Shown in pieces: positions 18,151 through 26,620 of a DNA stretch of 38,415 bases; position 1 is the first letter of the stretch, and the number at the start of each line of letters is the position of its first letter. Source of the stretch: Nautiliaceae bacterium (GTDB lineage: Bacteria > Campylobacterota > Campylobacteria > Campylobacterales > Nautiliaceae); NCBI GenBank assembly GCA_039831155.1, contig JBDONT010000021.1, forward strand, positions 1 through 38,415. The letters run 5' to 3'. The notes below the pieces were generated by a model that searched no databases, was not told where the DNA came from, and was given only the letters and a program-made list of their open reading frames with translations. Made by a program: the position numbers and the translations under genes.

Positions 18151-19435
18151 TTTGGTGTTATTAGTTGGTGGATTTTTGTTTGCTGAAAATTTTACGCAGA
18201 TAAAAAGTGAAATTACAAATTCTCTCAAATACAAAATGCAAGAGAAAAAAGTAAAAATTTTTGAAGAAAAGTTAAATTCTATTAAGGCAAAAAATTACGG
18301 AAGTCTTGATTTGGAATATAGTGCAGTGCATCTTTTTAAGCAGCCTGTTATGAAGATGGATTCCATGCAGCCGGTTGGAGTAAATCCTTCTACAAATACT
18401 CTTATTTATAAAGAAATTCACTCCGAACTTCCAATGAGCGATAAAAATCATTACACGGGAGTTTTAAAATACTCATACCCTTTATTTACCGGATTTGCTC
18501 TTACCAATATGATAGATAAATCAAAACTTGAAGTTATTAAAGAAAAAATAAATTTGGATAATGTAAAAAGGGTTTTAACCCTTAACGCCGCTAAACTTTA
18601 TTCGAATATTTACGCACTAAAAGCCAAAATAAACGCTTTAAAAAAGGCAAAAGAAGCTCTTTTAAGTGCTAAAGAAAAGGCTGAGAGTTTTTATAAGGAA
18701 GGTTTGCTTAACAAATCAAGCGTGGATGAGATTGATGCTAAATATTATGAAATTGTTGCTTTAATTAAAGAGACTGAAGCTCAAAAGTCTTCGCTTATTA
18801 ATCTTTTAAGTTATCTTATAAACAAAAAAATTTCAAAAATTGACGGAATTAAAATAGAAAAAAATAATTTACCGCCGAAATTTGAAAACCGCCCCGATGT
18901 TAAAGCCATAAAAGAGACACTAAAAATAAAAGATATAGACATAAAACTTGCCAAATCAAAATATTACCCTCAAATCGGAATAGAAGCCGGCATAAAAAAA
19001 GAAGCGGATAATATTGTTTTAACTGATAATGATTATCAAAATATCGATAAATCTTATATAGCTTTAGGAGTTAAATACAATCTATTTGACGGAGGAGCAA
19101 AAAAGGCCACATTGGAGATGGCAAAACTTGCCAAAAATACCTATACCATTTATTATAACGATTATTTGAATCAGATCAAAACAGAATATCAAAACGATTT
19201 AGATACTCTAAATGCCCTTTTTATGAGACTTAAAGCTGCAAAAGAAGAGATTAAAGCAAGAGAGAGTTATTATGAATATATCAGATCAAAATTTGAAGAA
19301 GGACTGGCTGACAGTACGGATTTAAACGATGCAATTGCTAAACTCGCAAATGCTAGAGCAAAAAAAGAGGCTATAAAAGCAGAGATTTTCTTTTTGAATG
19401 TAAAACTTAAACTTAACGGAGGATATGATGAATAG
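18137..19435 (+). CDS. TolC-family outer membrane efflux protein
   Basis: Signal peptide, YPLFTG, RPDVKA...AKSKYYPQI, YNLFDGG and FEEGL. Confidence 0.9.
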   Translation: MKKFSLVLLVGGFLFAENFTQIKSEITNSLKYKMQEKKVKIFEEKLNSIKAKNYGSLDLEYSAVHLFKQPVMKMDSMQPVGVNPSTNTLIYKEIHSELPMSDKNHYTGVLKYSYPLFTGFALTNMIDKSKLEVIKEKINLDNVKRVLTLNAAKLYSNIYALKAKINALKKAKEALLSAKEKAESFYKEGLLNKSSVDEIDAKYYEIVALIKETEAQKSSLINLLSYLINKKISKIDGIKIEKNNLPPKFENRPDVKAIKETLKIKDIDIKLAKSKYYPQIGIEAGIKKEADNIVLTDNDYQNIDKSYIALGVKYNLFDGGAKKATLEMAKLAKNTYTIYYNDYLNQIKTEYQNDLDTLNALFMRLKAAKEEIKARESYYEYIRSKFEEGLADSTDLNDAIAKLANARAKKEAIKAEIFFLNVKLKLNGGYDE

Positions 19436-20534
19436 AAAAGTTGTAATAGGGATAATTATCGCTCTTGTTGTGGTCAGCGGATATTTGATTTATAAAAAGT
19501 TAAATCCAAAAGAACTGCCCCCATATCTCGTACAGGCTATCGGTAAGGTTGACGGGGATTTGATAAACGTAAATACCAAGTATCCGGGAAGAGTTGTTAA
19601 AATAAATGTAGATATGGGAGATAAGGTTAAAAAAGGTGAAATTATAGCCGTTTTGGATTCCAAAGAATATCAGGATAAACTAAAAGCTATTGAAAATCAG
19701 ATAAAAGCAAAAGAAAACGAACTTAATTTTACAACGGCTAAAATAAACGATACCATTAAAAAAGCTAAAAAAGGAGTTACGGCAAAACAAAAAGAGCTAA
19801 ACGCCTTAACAGCCCGGATTGAGTCACTTAAACTTGTAATAGCCCAGGATAAAAAAGATGAAAAAAGAATAAAAAATTTAGTGGCTAAAAAACAGGTAGA
19901 ACCTCATCAGCTTGAAATGGCAAGACTTAAAACAAGAACAGACTTAAAAAAACTAAAAGCACTAAACGCAAAAAAAGAAGCCCTTTTAATAGCAATAAAA
20001 ATCGCAAAAGACGATTTACACACGGCAATTGCCGCGAAAGAAAACATAAAAGCGCTTAAAAATGCAATAAATGCCCTCAAAGCTCAAAGGGATGAAATTC
20101 AGACAATGATAGATAAACTCACTATTAAATCTCCTATTAACGGTTATGTGGATACCAAAATAGCACAAAAAGGCGAAGTTTTAGGGGCTGGAATGCCGGT
20201 TGTTTCTTTAATTAATCCTAAAGGACTCTATGTAGTGGTATTTGTAGATGAAATTACAAACGGAAAAATTAAATTAGGCGATAAAGCCGAAATCTTTTTA
20301 GACTCTTTTCCAAACGACCCTATTCCTGCGGTTGTGAGCAGAATTGCTAAAAGAGCGGAGTTTACTCCAAAAGAGGTTGCCGTAAAAAGCGACAGGGTTA
20401 CAAGGGTTTACGAAGTAAGGCTAAAACCAACCGAGCCGAATCCTTATCTTAAACTGGGGCTTCCAGCAACGGGAGTTATTTTGATAGGAAACGGAAGTTT
20501 GCCAAAATCTCTTGACGAATTACCTGAATTATAA
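19425..20534 (+). CDS. HlyD-family membrane fusion protein (YhiI/YbhG-like)
   Basis: TM anchor, KYPGRV...GDKVKKG, IKSPING, AEFTPKEV and LKLGLP. Confidence 0.9.
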   Translation: MMNRKVVIGIIIALVVVSGYLIYKKLNPKELPPYLVQAIGKVDGDLINVNTKYPGRVVKINVDMGDKVKKGEIIAVLDSKEYQDKLKAIENQIKAKENELNFTTAKINDTIKKAKKGVTAKQKELNALTARIESLKLVIAQDKKDEKRIKNLVAKKQVEPHQLEMARLKTRTDLKKLKALNAKKEALLIAIKIAKDDLHTAIAAKENIKALKNAINALKAQRDEIQTMIDKLTIKSPINGYVDTKIAQKGEVLGAGMPVVSLINPKGLYVVVFVDEITNGKIKLGDKAEIFLDSFPNDPIPAVVSRIAKRAEFTPKEVAVKSDRVTRVYEVRLKPTEPNPYLKLGLPATGVILIGNGSLPKSLDELPEL

Positions 20535-20544
20535 GTAAAAAATA

Positions 20545-22143
20545 ATGCTTGAAGTAAAAAACGTTACGGTAAAGTATGGAAATGTTGTAGGTGTTAGGAA
20601 TGTGAGTTTTAAAGCCGACAGCGGTGAGATAATCGGCTTTATTGGGGCGGACGGGGCTGGAAAAAGCTCGACTATGCACGCAATTGCCGGAGTTAAGAGG
20701 TTTGATGGGGAGATTGAATTTATGGGGTATGCCTATCACTCCCCGAAAGAAGCCGAAAAAATAAAGCCACAGCTCTCATTAATGCCGCAGGGGCTTGGGC
20801 TTGTTTTGTATGATAATTTGAGCGTAAAAGAACATTTTGAATTTTTTAGAAACATAAGAGAAGTCAAAAGAGATATAGAATATGAAAAACGTCTTTTAAA
20901 AATGGCGGGGCTTTATGAGTTTCAGGATAGGCTTGCGGGGCATTTGAGCGGCGGTATGAGACAGAAACTCTCACTCATATTAGCACTTCTTCCACGTCCT
21001 AAACTCTTAATTTTAGACGAACCAACAACCGGGGTTGACCCTATAAGCAGAAGAGAACTTTGGGAGATAGTTGACGGATTTAGAAAAAAAGAAGGGATAA
21101 TCGCCCTGATTTCCACAGCCTACATGCAAGAAGCCGAGCAAATGGATAAACTGCTTTTATTTGACGAGGGTGAAGTTATCGCAAAAGGGAGTGCTAAGGA
21201 GCTTAAAGAGAGTATAAAAGATTATACGTATGAAGGTGAGATTGAGAGGGAAGATTGTTTTAGTTTTAATAACAGAACATACTCCCTAAAACCTTTAAAC
21301 TTAAAAAAAGCACCTCCTTTGCTTGAAGGGGTATTTTTTGTAAATGCACTTAAAAAAGGTAAAAAGAATTTAAAAATAAACTTAGAAGAAAAAGATATTA
21401 AACTTCCGGAAGTTGTAGTAAAAGCAGTTGGTCTTACCAAAAAATTCGGAAATTTTGTAGCGGACGACCATATAGATTTAGAGCTCAAAAGCGGTGAGAT
21501 TTTAGGGCTTTTAGGTGCCAACGGAGCCGGGAAAACCACCTTTATTAAAATGCTTCTTGGACTTTATCCGATTGATGAGGGGGAATTGTATCTGCTTGGA
21601 AAAAGAATAGAATCTTATGAAGACAGACTTGAGCTTAAAAGCAAAATAGGCTATATGTCTCAGAGGTTTGCTTTGTATGAGGAAATGACCATTAAAGAAA
21701 ATATGGAGTATTTTGCCAAAATGCATGATTTAAGCCCTAAAGAAACAAAAGAAAAAATCGAATACTTTTCAAATCTGTTTGGATTTAAAAAATATTTAAA
21801 CGATTTTCCAAAAGATTTGCCTCTTGGAATTAACCAGAGATTTTCACTATCAGTTGCTCTTTTACATGAGCCTGTTGTTTTGTTTTTGGATGAGCCTACA
21901 AGTGGTGTTGATACGATAGCAAGGGCTACTTTTTGGAGGTTTTTAAGGGAAGTTAAAGAAAAATGGAAAATATCAATTCTCATTACCACCCATTATATGA
22001 GCGAAGCGGAATACTGTGATAGGGTTGTGGTGTTAAAAAGAGGTAAAAAAATTGTTGATGATGAGGTTAAAAAGCTTCATGAAAAATTTCCTGGACTCTC
22101 TTTTGAAGAGATTTTTATTAAATATTATGAGGAGAGTAAATGA
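20545..22143 (+). CDS. Tandem two-NBD ABC ATPase (RbbA/YbhF-like)
   Basis: Two Walker A motifs (GADGAGKS, GANGAGKT), LSGGM and LPLG signatures, LDEPT twice, and MPQGLG as in RbbA. Confidence 0.92.
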   Translation: MLEVKNVTVKYGNVVGVRNVSFKADSGEIIGFIGADGAGKSSTMHAIAGVKRFDGEIEFMGYAYHSPKEAEKIKPQLSLMPQGLGLVLYDNLSVKEHFEFFRNIREVKRDIEYEKRLLKMAGLYEFQDRLAGHLSGGMRQKLSLILALLPRPKLLILDEPTTGVDPISRRELWEIVDGFRKKEGIIALISTAYMQEAEQMDKLLLFDEGEVIAKGSAKELKESIKDYTYEGEIEREDCFSFNNRTYSLKPLNLKKAPPLLEGVFFVNALKKGKKNLKINLEEKDIKLPEVVVKAVGLTKKFGNFVADDHIDLELKSGEILGLLGANGAGKTTFIKMLLGLYPIDEGELYLLGKRIESYEDRLELKSKIGYMSQRFALYEEMTIKENMEYFAKMHDLSPKETKEKIEYFSNLFGFKKYLNDFPKDLPLGINQRFSLSVALLHEPVVLFLDEPTSGVDTIARATFWRFLREVKEKWKISILITTHYMSEAEYCDRVVVLKRGKKIVDDEVKKLHEKFPGLSFEEIFIKYYEESK

Positions 22144-23243
22144 AATTAGGAGTAATAAAAGCCTATTTAAAAAAAGAGTTTATAGATTTGTGGCGCTCAA
22201 AAATGATTATAATGATATATTTAATTCCCGCTATGATAGTTATACTTTTTGGGTATGGTATCAGAATGGAGGTAACTCATTCAAGAACGATTATAATCGA
22301 TAGAGACAATACGAAACTTTCTCAGGAAATTATAAGGGCATTTAGCACCACTAAATATTTTGATACAAAAGTTTTAAATATCACCGATAATGAGGCTTTA
22401 AGACTTATAAAGCAAAATAGAGCCGATTTGTTTATAATAATTCCCCATAATTTTGAAAAAAATCTGATGCACTCCCGCGATTCCGAGGTTGCTATATATA
22501 TTGATGGAAGTTTTCCTTTAAGGGCTACGACTCTTGAAGGATACGTTCAGGGGGTGTTTTTAAATCAGCTTGAAAAAAACGGTGTAAAAGTCCCTTTTGA
22601 GATAAACCAAAGAAACTTTTTTAACGAATCCATGCGGGATGAAAACGGGATAGTCCCTGGGCTTATTGGACTTACGATGCTTATAGCCCCGGCAATTATC
22701 GCAGCACTTTTAATCGTAAAAGAAAAAGAAGCCGGAACTATTTTTAATTTCTATTCATCCCCCGTTTCAAAAATAGAGTTTTTAATTGCAAAATTGACTC
22801 CCCCTTTTATTTTGTATTCATTTAATACGTTTATTCTCTTTTTAATAGCCGTTTATATCTTTAAAGTTCCCTTTAAGGGAAGTTTTCTGCTTTATTTTTT
22901 GGCAAGCGAAATATATATCGTTATCAGTATCGGTATAGGGCTGTTGGTCTCTATTATTACATCACGTCAGGTTACGGCTCTAGTTTTAACGATTATTATA
23001 ACGGTAATCCCCGGGTTTTTGTATTCGGGTATTTTGATGCCTATTTCTTCAATGACAGGAGAGAGTTATATAGAAGCTCATATGTTTCCCGTAATGTATT
23101 ACAACCATCTTTTGTATGACGCGTTTTTAATAAATCAGGGATTTAATTCGCCAAAAAATGTGGAATACTTTTTTATTTTGATTTTTTATGCCGCTTCTTT
23201 GCTTTTTATTGGCTCGCTGCTTTTAAAAAAGGAGCTTAAATGA
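22140..23243 (+). CDS. ABC-2 type permease (YbhS / RbbA C-terminal domain-like)
   Basis: KKEF...LFGYGI, periplasmic loop, IVKEKEAGTI and SGILMPISSM. Confidence 0.9.
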   Translation: MKLGVIKAYLKKEFIDLWRSKMIIMIYLIPAMIVILFGYGIRMEVTHSRTIIIDRDNTKLSQEIIRAFSTTKYFDTKVLNITDNEALRLIKQNRADLFIIIPHNFEKNLMHSRDSEVAIYIDGSFPLRATTLEGYVQGVFLNQLEKNGVKVPFEINQRNFFNESMRDENGIVPGLIGLTMLIAPAIIAALLIVKEKEAGTIFNFYSSPVSKIEFLIAKLTPPFILYSFNTFILFLIAVYIFKVPFKGSFLLYFLASEIYIVISIGIGLLVSIITSRQVTALVLTIIITVIPGFLYSGILMPISSMTGESYIEAHMFPVMYYNHLLYDAFLINQGFNSPKNVEYFFILIFYAASLLFIGSLLLKKELK

Positions 23244-24319
23244 AAAAGTTCTTAGCTGTTTTTAAAAAAGAGATTTTGGTTTTTTTGAGGAATGTGGGGC
23301 TTGTTTTTATACTGATTTATGCTTTTACGGTTGATATTTATGTTGCCGGTAAAGGAATTGAGATTAAGCCCAGAAACGTAACCGTAGGATATGTTAACTA
23401 TTCGGGAGAGCTTTTGCCACAGAAGATTTTAGCCCATCTGCACGCCCCCGAATTTCAAAAACCAAAAAGGTTTTTAAACGAAAAAGAGCTTAAAAAAGCG
23501 GTGTTTAACAAAGAGATAATGGTCGGCATTATTTTTGATAAGGATTTTGAAAAAAATTTTATTAGAAAAAAAGCCGCTAAAATTAACGTAATAATAGATT
23601 CGACCGCTGCCGCTCAGGCGGAGGTGTCCGTTCAGTATTTAACACAGACGGTTTATTCCATGATAGACGGCAAAATGCCTGTTGATATTAAAATCTATAA
23701 ACTTTTTAATCCGAATTCAAATTCCGAGTGGTTTATGGGATTGAGTGAATTATTAAGTGTTACTACAATACTAAGCCTTGTTTTGATAGCGGTAGTGTTT
23801 GTAAGGGAAAAAGAAGCCGGGACATGGGATATTATGCTTTTGATGCCGGTTAACGGAGCTTTGATTATGTTTGCAAAGGTTTTTTCTCAAATTTTTATTC
23901 TTTCAGTCGGACTTGTTATGGGAATAGGGCTTGTATTATTCGGCGTATTCGGAGTGCCGATGAACGGAAATCTTTTTTATTTTTTCCTTTTAACGTTTTT
24001 CTTTGTTTTGGCAATGGGCGGAATTGCCCTTGTAATTGCCGCTTATTCAAACAGCGTTCTTGAAGTTTCCCAATATACCGTTTTGGTTGTTATGCCCCTT
24101 TTGTTTTTAAGTGGGGCTTGGACGCCGATTCACTCTATGGTGCCTTGGCTTCAAGAACTTAGCGTTATCTCACCGGTAAAATACTATATTGAGGGTGTGC
24201 AGTCGATATTTTTCAGGGGAACAGAATTTATTGATTTATTGCCTTATTTTACCGGAGAGATTGTAATAGGTGCAGTTTTGTTTTATATTGGGTTTAGAAA
24301 AATGGGAAGACTTTTTTAA
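23240..24319 (+). CDS. ABC-2 type permease (YbhR/YhhJ-like)
   Basis: KKEIL, FNPN, VREKEAGT and LSGAWTPIHSMVPWLQ...SP. Confidence 0.9.
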   Translation: MKKFLAVFKKEILVFLRNVGLVFILIYAFTVDIYVAGKGIEIKPRNVTVGYVNYSGELLPQKILAHLHAPEFQKPKRFLNEKELKKAVFNKEIMVGIIFDKDFEKNFIRKKAAKINVIIDSTAAAQAEVSVQYLTQTVYSMIDGKMPVDIKIYKLFNPNSNSEWFMGLSELLSVTTILSLVLIAVVFVREKEAGTWDIMLLMPVNGALIMFAKVFSQIFILSVGLVMGIGLVLFGVFGVPMNGNLFYFFLLTFFFVLAMGGIALVIAAYSNSVLEVSQYTVLVVMPLLFLSGAWTPIHSMVPWLQELSVISPVKYYIEGVQSIFFRGTEFIDLLPYFTGEIVIGAVLFYIGFRKMGRLF

Positions 24320-24409
24320 AATAGAAAATTGTAAAACTTGCAAAAATGCTTATTTTTTTAATGATTATTTAAATAATTGATATTTGGTCAGTTGCGATGG
24401 AATTAATAT

Positions 24410-24438
24410 TTGACAAAAGATGTTAATTGTTTTATAAT
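24410..24438 (+). promoter_or_regulatory. Consensus sigma70 promoter of the toxin-antitoxin pair
   Basis: TTGACA (24410-24415), 17-nt spacer, TATAAT (24433-24438). Confidence 0.8.
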
Positions 24439-24470
24439 GTCTGATATTGGATATTAATCAAAGGAATTAT

Positions 24471-24758
24471 ATGCAAAGAGTTGGAATAAGAGAATTCACA
24501 AAGAATTTTAATAAATTTCAAAATTTGAAAATGGTGGAAATAATTGATAAAAAAACAAATAAGCCTAAAGGTTTATATTTATCATATGAGATGGCTAAAA
24601 TTTTTAAGAGTATGTTAGAGAGGGAAAAAACAGAAGATAAAAAGAAAAAATTATCTAAAATTATGCAATTTGCCGGAAAAGTTGAGTTAGATGAAAAATT
24701 TAAAAATCTCTCAGAAAGAGAATTAAAAATTGAAATAGCAAAGCTTAAAAATGGCTAA
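24471..24758 (+). CDS. Putative antitoxin (Phd/YefM-like N-terminus)
   Basis: AAGGA RBS at 24461 before ATG 24471. The protein starts MQRVGIREF and overlaps the downstream PIN gene by 8 nt. Confidence 0.7.
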   Translation: MQRVGIREFTKNFNKFQNLKMVEIIDKKTNKPKGLYLSYEMAKIFKSMLEREKTEDKKKKLSKIMQFAGKVELDEKFKNLSERELKIEIAKLKNG

Positions 24759-25149
24759 TATTTTTTTGGATACTAATATTATTATTGATTTTTTGGATAA
24801 TAGTAGAATTAATCATAATAATGCCGTAAACTTATTTGAAAAGTTAATTATTGAAGAGCATTCGGTTTTTATTAGTGAAGATATGTTAAGCACGATTTAT
24901 TATTTAGTTAAAAATAAAAAGAAAGTGCTGCATTTTATAAAAGAAATTTTAGAGTTTTGGAATGTTGTGAGCTTTGATAAAGATGTAATTAAAAAAGCAA
25001 TTGAAATGTCAATAGATAAAAATTTTGATTTTGAGGATTTACTTCAATGTTTTTGTGCTAAAAAATACGGGTGTGTAATAATTACTAATGATAAAAAATT
25101 TGTACACTGTGGTGTAAAAGTTATAGGATATGAAGAGTTTTTGGACTAA
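24751..25149 (+). CDS. PIN-domain (VapC-like) toxin
   Basis: Acidic PIN motifs IFLDTNIIID, DFEDLLQ and ITNDKKF; 132 aa. Confidence 0.9.
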   Translation: MANIFLDTNIIIDFLDNSRINHNNAVNLFEKLIIEEHSVFISEDMLSTIYYLVKNKKKVLHFIKEILEFWNVVSFDKDVIKKAIEMSIDKNFDFEDLLQCFCAKKYGCVIITNDKKFVHCGVKVIGYEEFLD

Positions 25150-25176
25150 AAGATTAAAAGGTTAGGAATTAAAGGA

Positions 25177-25278
25177 GTTGCAAAACTAGCAACTGCAAGA
25201 GCAAAAAAAGAGGCAATAAAAGCCAACATTTTCTTTTTGAATATTAAACTTAAATTGAATGGATGTAACAATGATTAA
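25177..25278 (+). pseudogene. Relic 3' end of a second TolC-family gene
   Basis: Translates VAKLATARAKKEAIKANIFFLNIKLKLNGCNND*, versus IAKLANARAKKEAIKAEIFFLNVKLKLNGGYDE* at 19334-19435. 81/102 nt are identical by manual count. Confidence 0.9.
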
Positions 25279-25381
25279 AAAAAACCTTGTAGCTTTTATA
25301 ATTTTATTTTTAGCTATTGTATCCGCATTTTTTATATATAAAAAATTAAATTCAAAAAAGTTGCACCTTTTTCTAATATAG
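25271..25381 (+). pseudogene. Relic 5' end of a second HlyD/YhiI-like gene
   Basis: MIKKNLVAFIILFLAIVSAFFIYKKLNSKKLHLFLI*, versus MNRKVVIGIIIALVVVSGYLIYKKLNPKELPPYL at 19425. It overlaps the TolC relic stop, as in the intact operon. Confidence 0.8.
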
Positions 25382-25456
25382 TTTAAGAAAATTTAGTTAG
25401 TTTCACTTAGTTTGACATTGAGAGAGAGTATAATTGTTAATAAAAAAGGAGAAAAA

Positions 25457-25578
25457 ATGAAAAAAATGATTTTTAGTTTAATTTTTATTTCTTCTTTATT
25501 TGCTGTGAGTGGGAGTCAGTTGTATGAAAATTGGCATATTGTATTCCTAAAAATGTAAAGGGATTAGATATAATGGAT
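25457..25578 (+). pseudogene. Truncated and frameshifted secreted-protein gene, possibly a small cytochrome c
   Basis: AAGGAG RBS, ATG 25457, and signal peptide MKKMIFSLIFISSLFA followed by VSGSQLYEN. One added base would continue as CAYC. The sequence then abuts transposase DNA. Confidence 0.4.
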
Positions 25579-25917
25579 ATAGTTATTAAATCATGGAGAA
25601 ACAGGTGGGATAATTTATCCAATTACTTTAAATATCCCGAACCCATAAGAAAAGTAATATATACCACAAATATCATTGAATCGGTTCATAGACAATTCAG
25701 GAAACTCACTAAAACCAAAGGTGCTTTTCCAAATGAAAACAGTTTACTTAAATTGCTTTATATGGGAATCCAAAATGCTGAAAAAAAATGGACTATGCCG
25801 ATTAGAAACTGGAACCTTACACTTTCTCAACTGGCAATTTTCTTTGAAGGAAGATTGGATGAAGCTTTAAATCTATGATATAATTTTCTTAGCTGACACG
25901 GAATTATGAACGGTCTC
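25579..25917 (+). mobile_element. IS256-family remnant: transposase C-terminus plus right terminal inverted repeat
   Basis: IVIKSWRNRWDNLSNYFKYPEPIRKVIYTTNIIESVHRQFRKLTKTKGAFPNENSLLKLLY...FEGRL, stop at 25878. End sequence CTGACACGGAATTATGAACGGTCTC at 25893-25917. Confidence 0.93.
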
Positions 25918-26308
25918 TCCCTGTAGCTCATTCCTAAAACATACATGGATAAAATCTTTTCTTCTATTTCGTCACTGATTGTAGTTTGATGTTTCTTTAC
26001 TATTTGAGGCTCAAAATTTCCTTCTCTATCTCTTGGAGTAGCAAGCTCAAATTTACCGCTTGAGGATTTAACCGTTTCTTCTGTTTTTTTTACCTTGTAA
26101 TACTTCATTTGCAATATGAGCTTCAATCTCAGCTTCAAATGCGGCTTCTACAAGTTCTTTTATGAGTGGAGCCAATACTCCGTCTTTACCTCCTATCTTC
26201 TTACCTGCTAATAACTCTTTTACCGCTTTTTCAAAATCAAACCTTTCCACGTCAGTCCTTTCATTTTTAGTATTTTATCCAGACTGACACGGAATTTCTA
26301 ATAGTCCC
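25918..26308 (-). mobile_element. IS256-family remnant: left terminal inverted repeat plus frameshifted transposase N-terminus
   Basis: The minus strand begins GGGACTATTAGAAATTCCGTGTCAG (26308-26284). It encodes ...LIKELVEAAFEAEIEAH...NRRNG, shifts frame to KSSSGKFELATPRDREGNFEPQIVKK...GMSYR, and is truncated at 25918. Confidence 0.93.
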
Positions 26309-26423
26309 TCTCACTCTTTTTATTTTTTATTTTCAATTTTTTCTAAATTTACACTATCAAAAAAATAAACATTGCCTACAATATTGCATTAAGGCTTATA
26401 GCAATTCAAAAAATAAATTCTAC

Positions 26424-26511
26424 ATTTTCACCGTTTTCAATATTCACCATTTTTACTGTTGAAATTTTGGTGAAATCGTGAAATTGTGAAAACATGGAAT
26501 TGTGAAATTGT
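26424..26511. repeat. Degenerate octamer tandem repeats (GTGAAATT-like) preceded by inverse-oriented copies
   Basis: gtgaaatc/gtgaaatt/gtgaaaac/atggaatt/gtgaaatt at 26470-26509. Inverse units ttttcacc/gttttcaa/tattcacc/atttttac at 26425-26456. Confidence 0.7.
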
Positions 26512-26534
26512 CTGAATTATTTTTTGTAATGGTA

Positions 26535-26618
26535 TTACTGCCGTATTTTGCAGGGGAAATAATTATTGGTATGGTATTATTTTATATAGGGTTTAGGAAA
26601 ATAGGGAGACTTTTTTAG
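26535..26618 (+). pseudogene. Relic 3' end of a second YhhJ/YbhR-like ABC permease gene
   Basis: LLPYFAGEIIIGMVLFYIGFRKIGRLF*, versus LLPYFTGEIVIGAVLFYIGFRKMGRLF* at 24236-24319. 64/84 nt and 23/27 aa are identical by manual count. Confidence 0.92.
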
Positions 26619-26620
26619 TT

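Noticed and set aside
24447-24470. ORF-track TTG start for the antitoxin
   Set aside because: It lies only about 8 nt after the -10 box with no RBS. ATG 24471 has AAGGA.
25531-25878. 115-aa ORF as a functional gene
   Set aside because: It is chimeric: the first ~16 codons come from the broken secreted-protein gene and the rest is a transposase C-terminal fragment.
26309-26423. Possible minus-strand membrane-protein relic
   Set aside because: Only short hydrophobic stretches interrupted by stops; no match to anything recognisable.
24236-26618. Integrase att-site (attL/attR) duplication
   Set aside because: The repeats are only about 76% identical with mainly synonymous changes, no integrase is present, and other operon relics lie between them. 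A diverged second operon copy explains this better.
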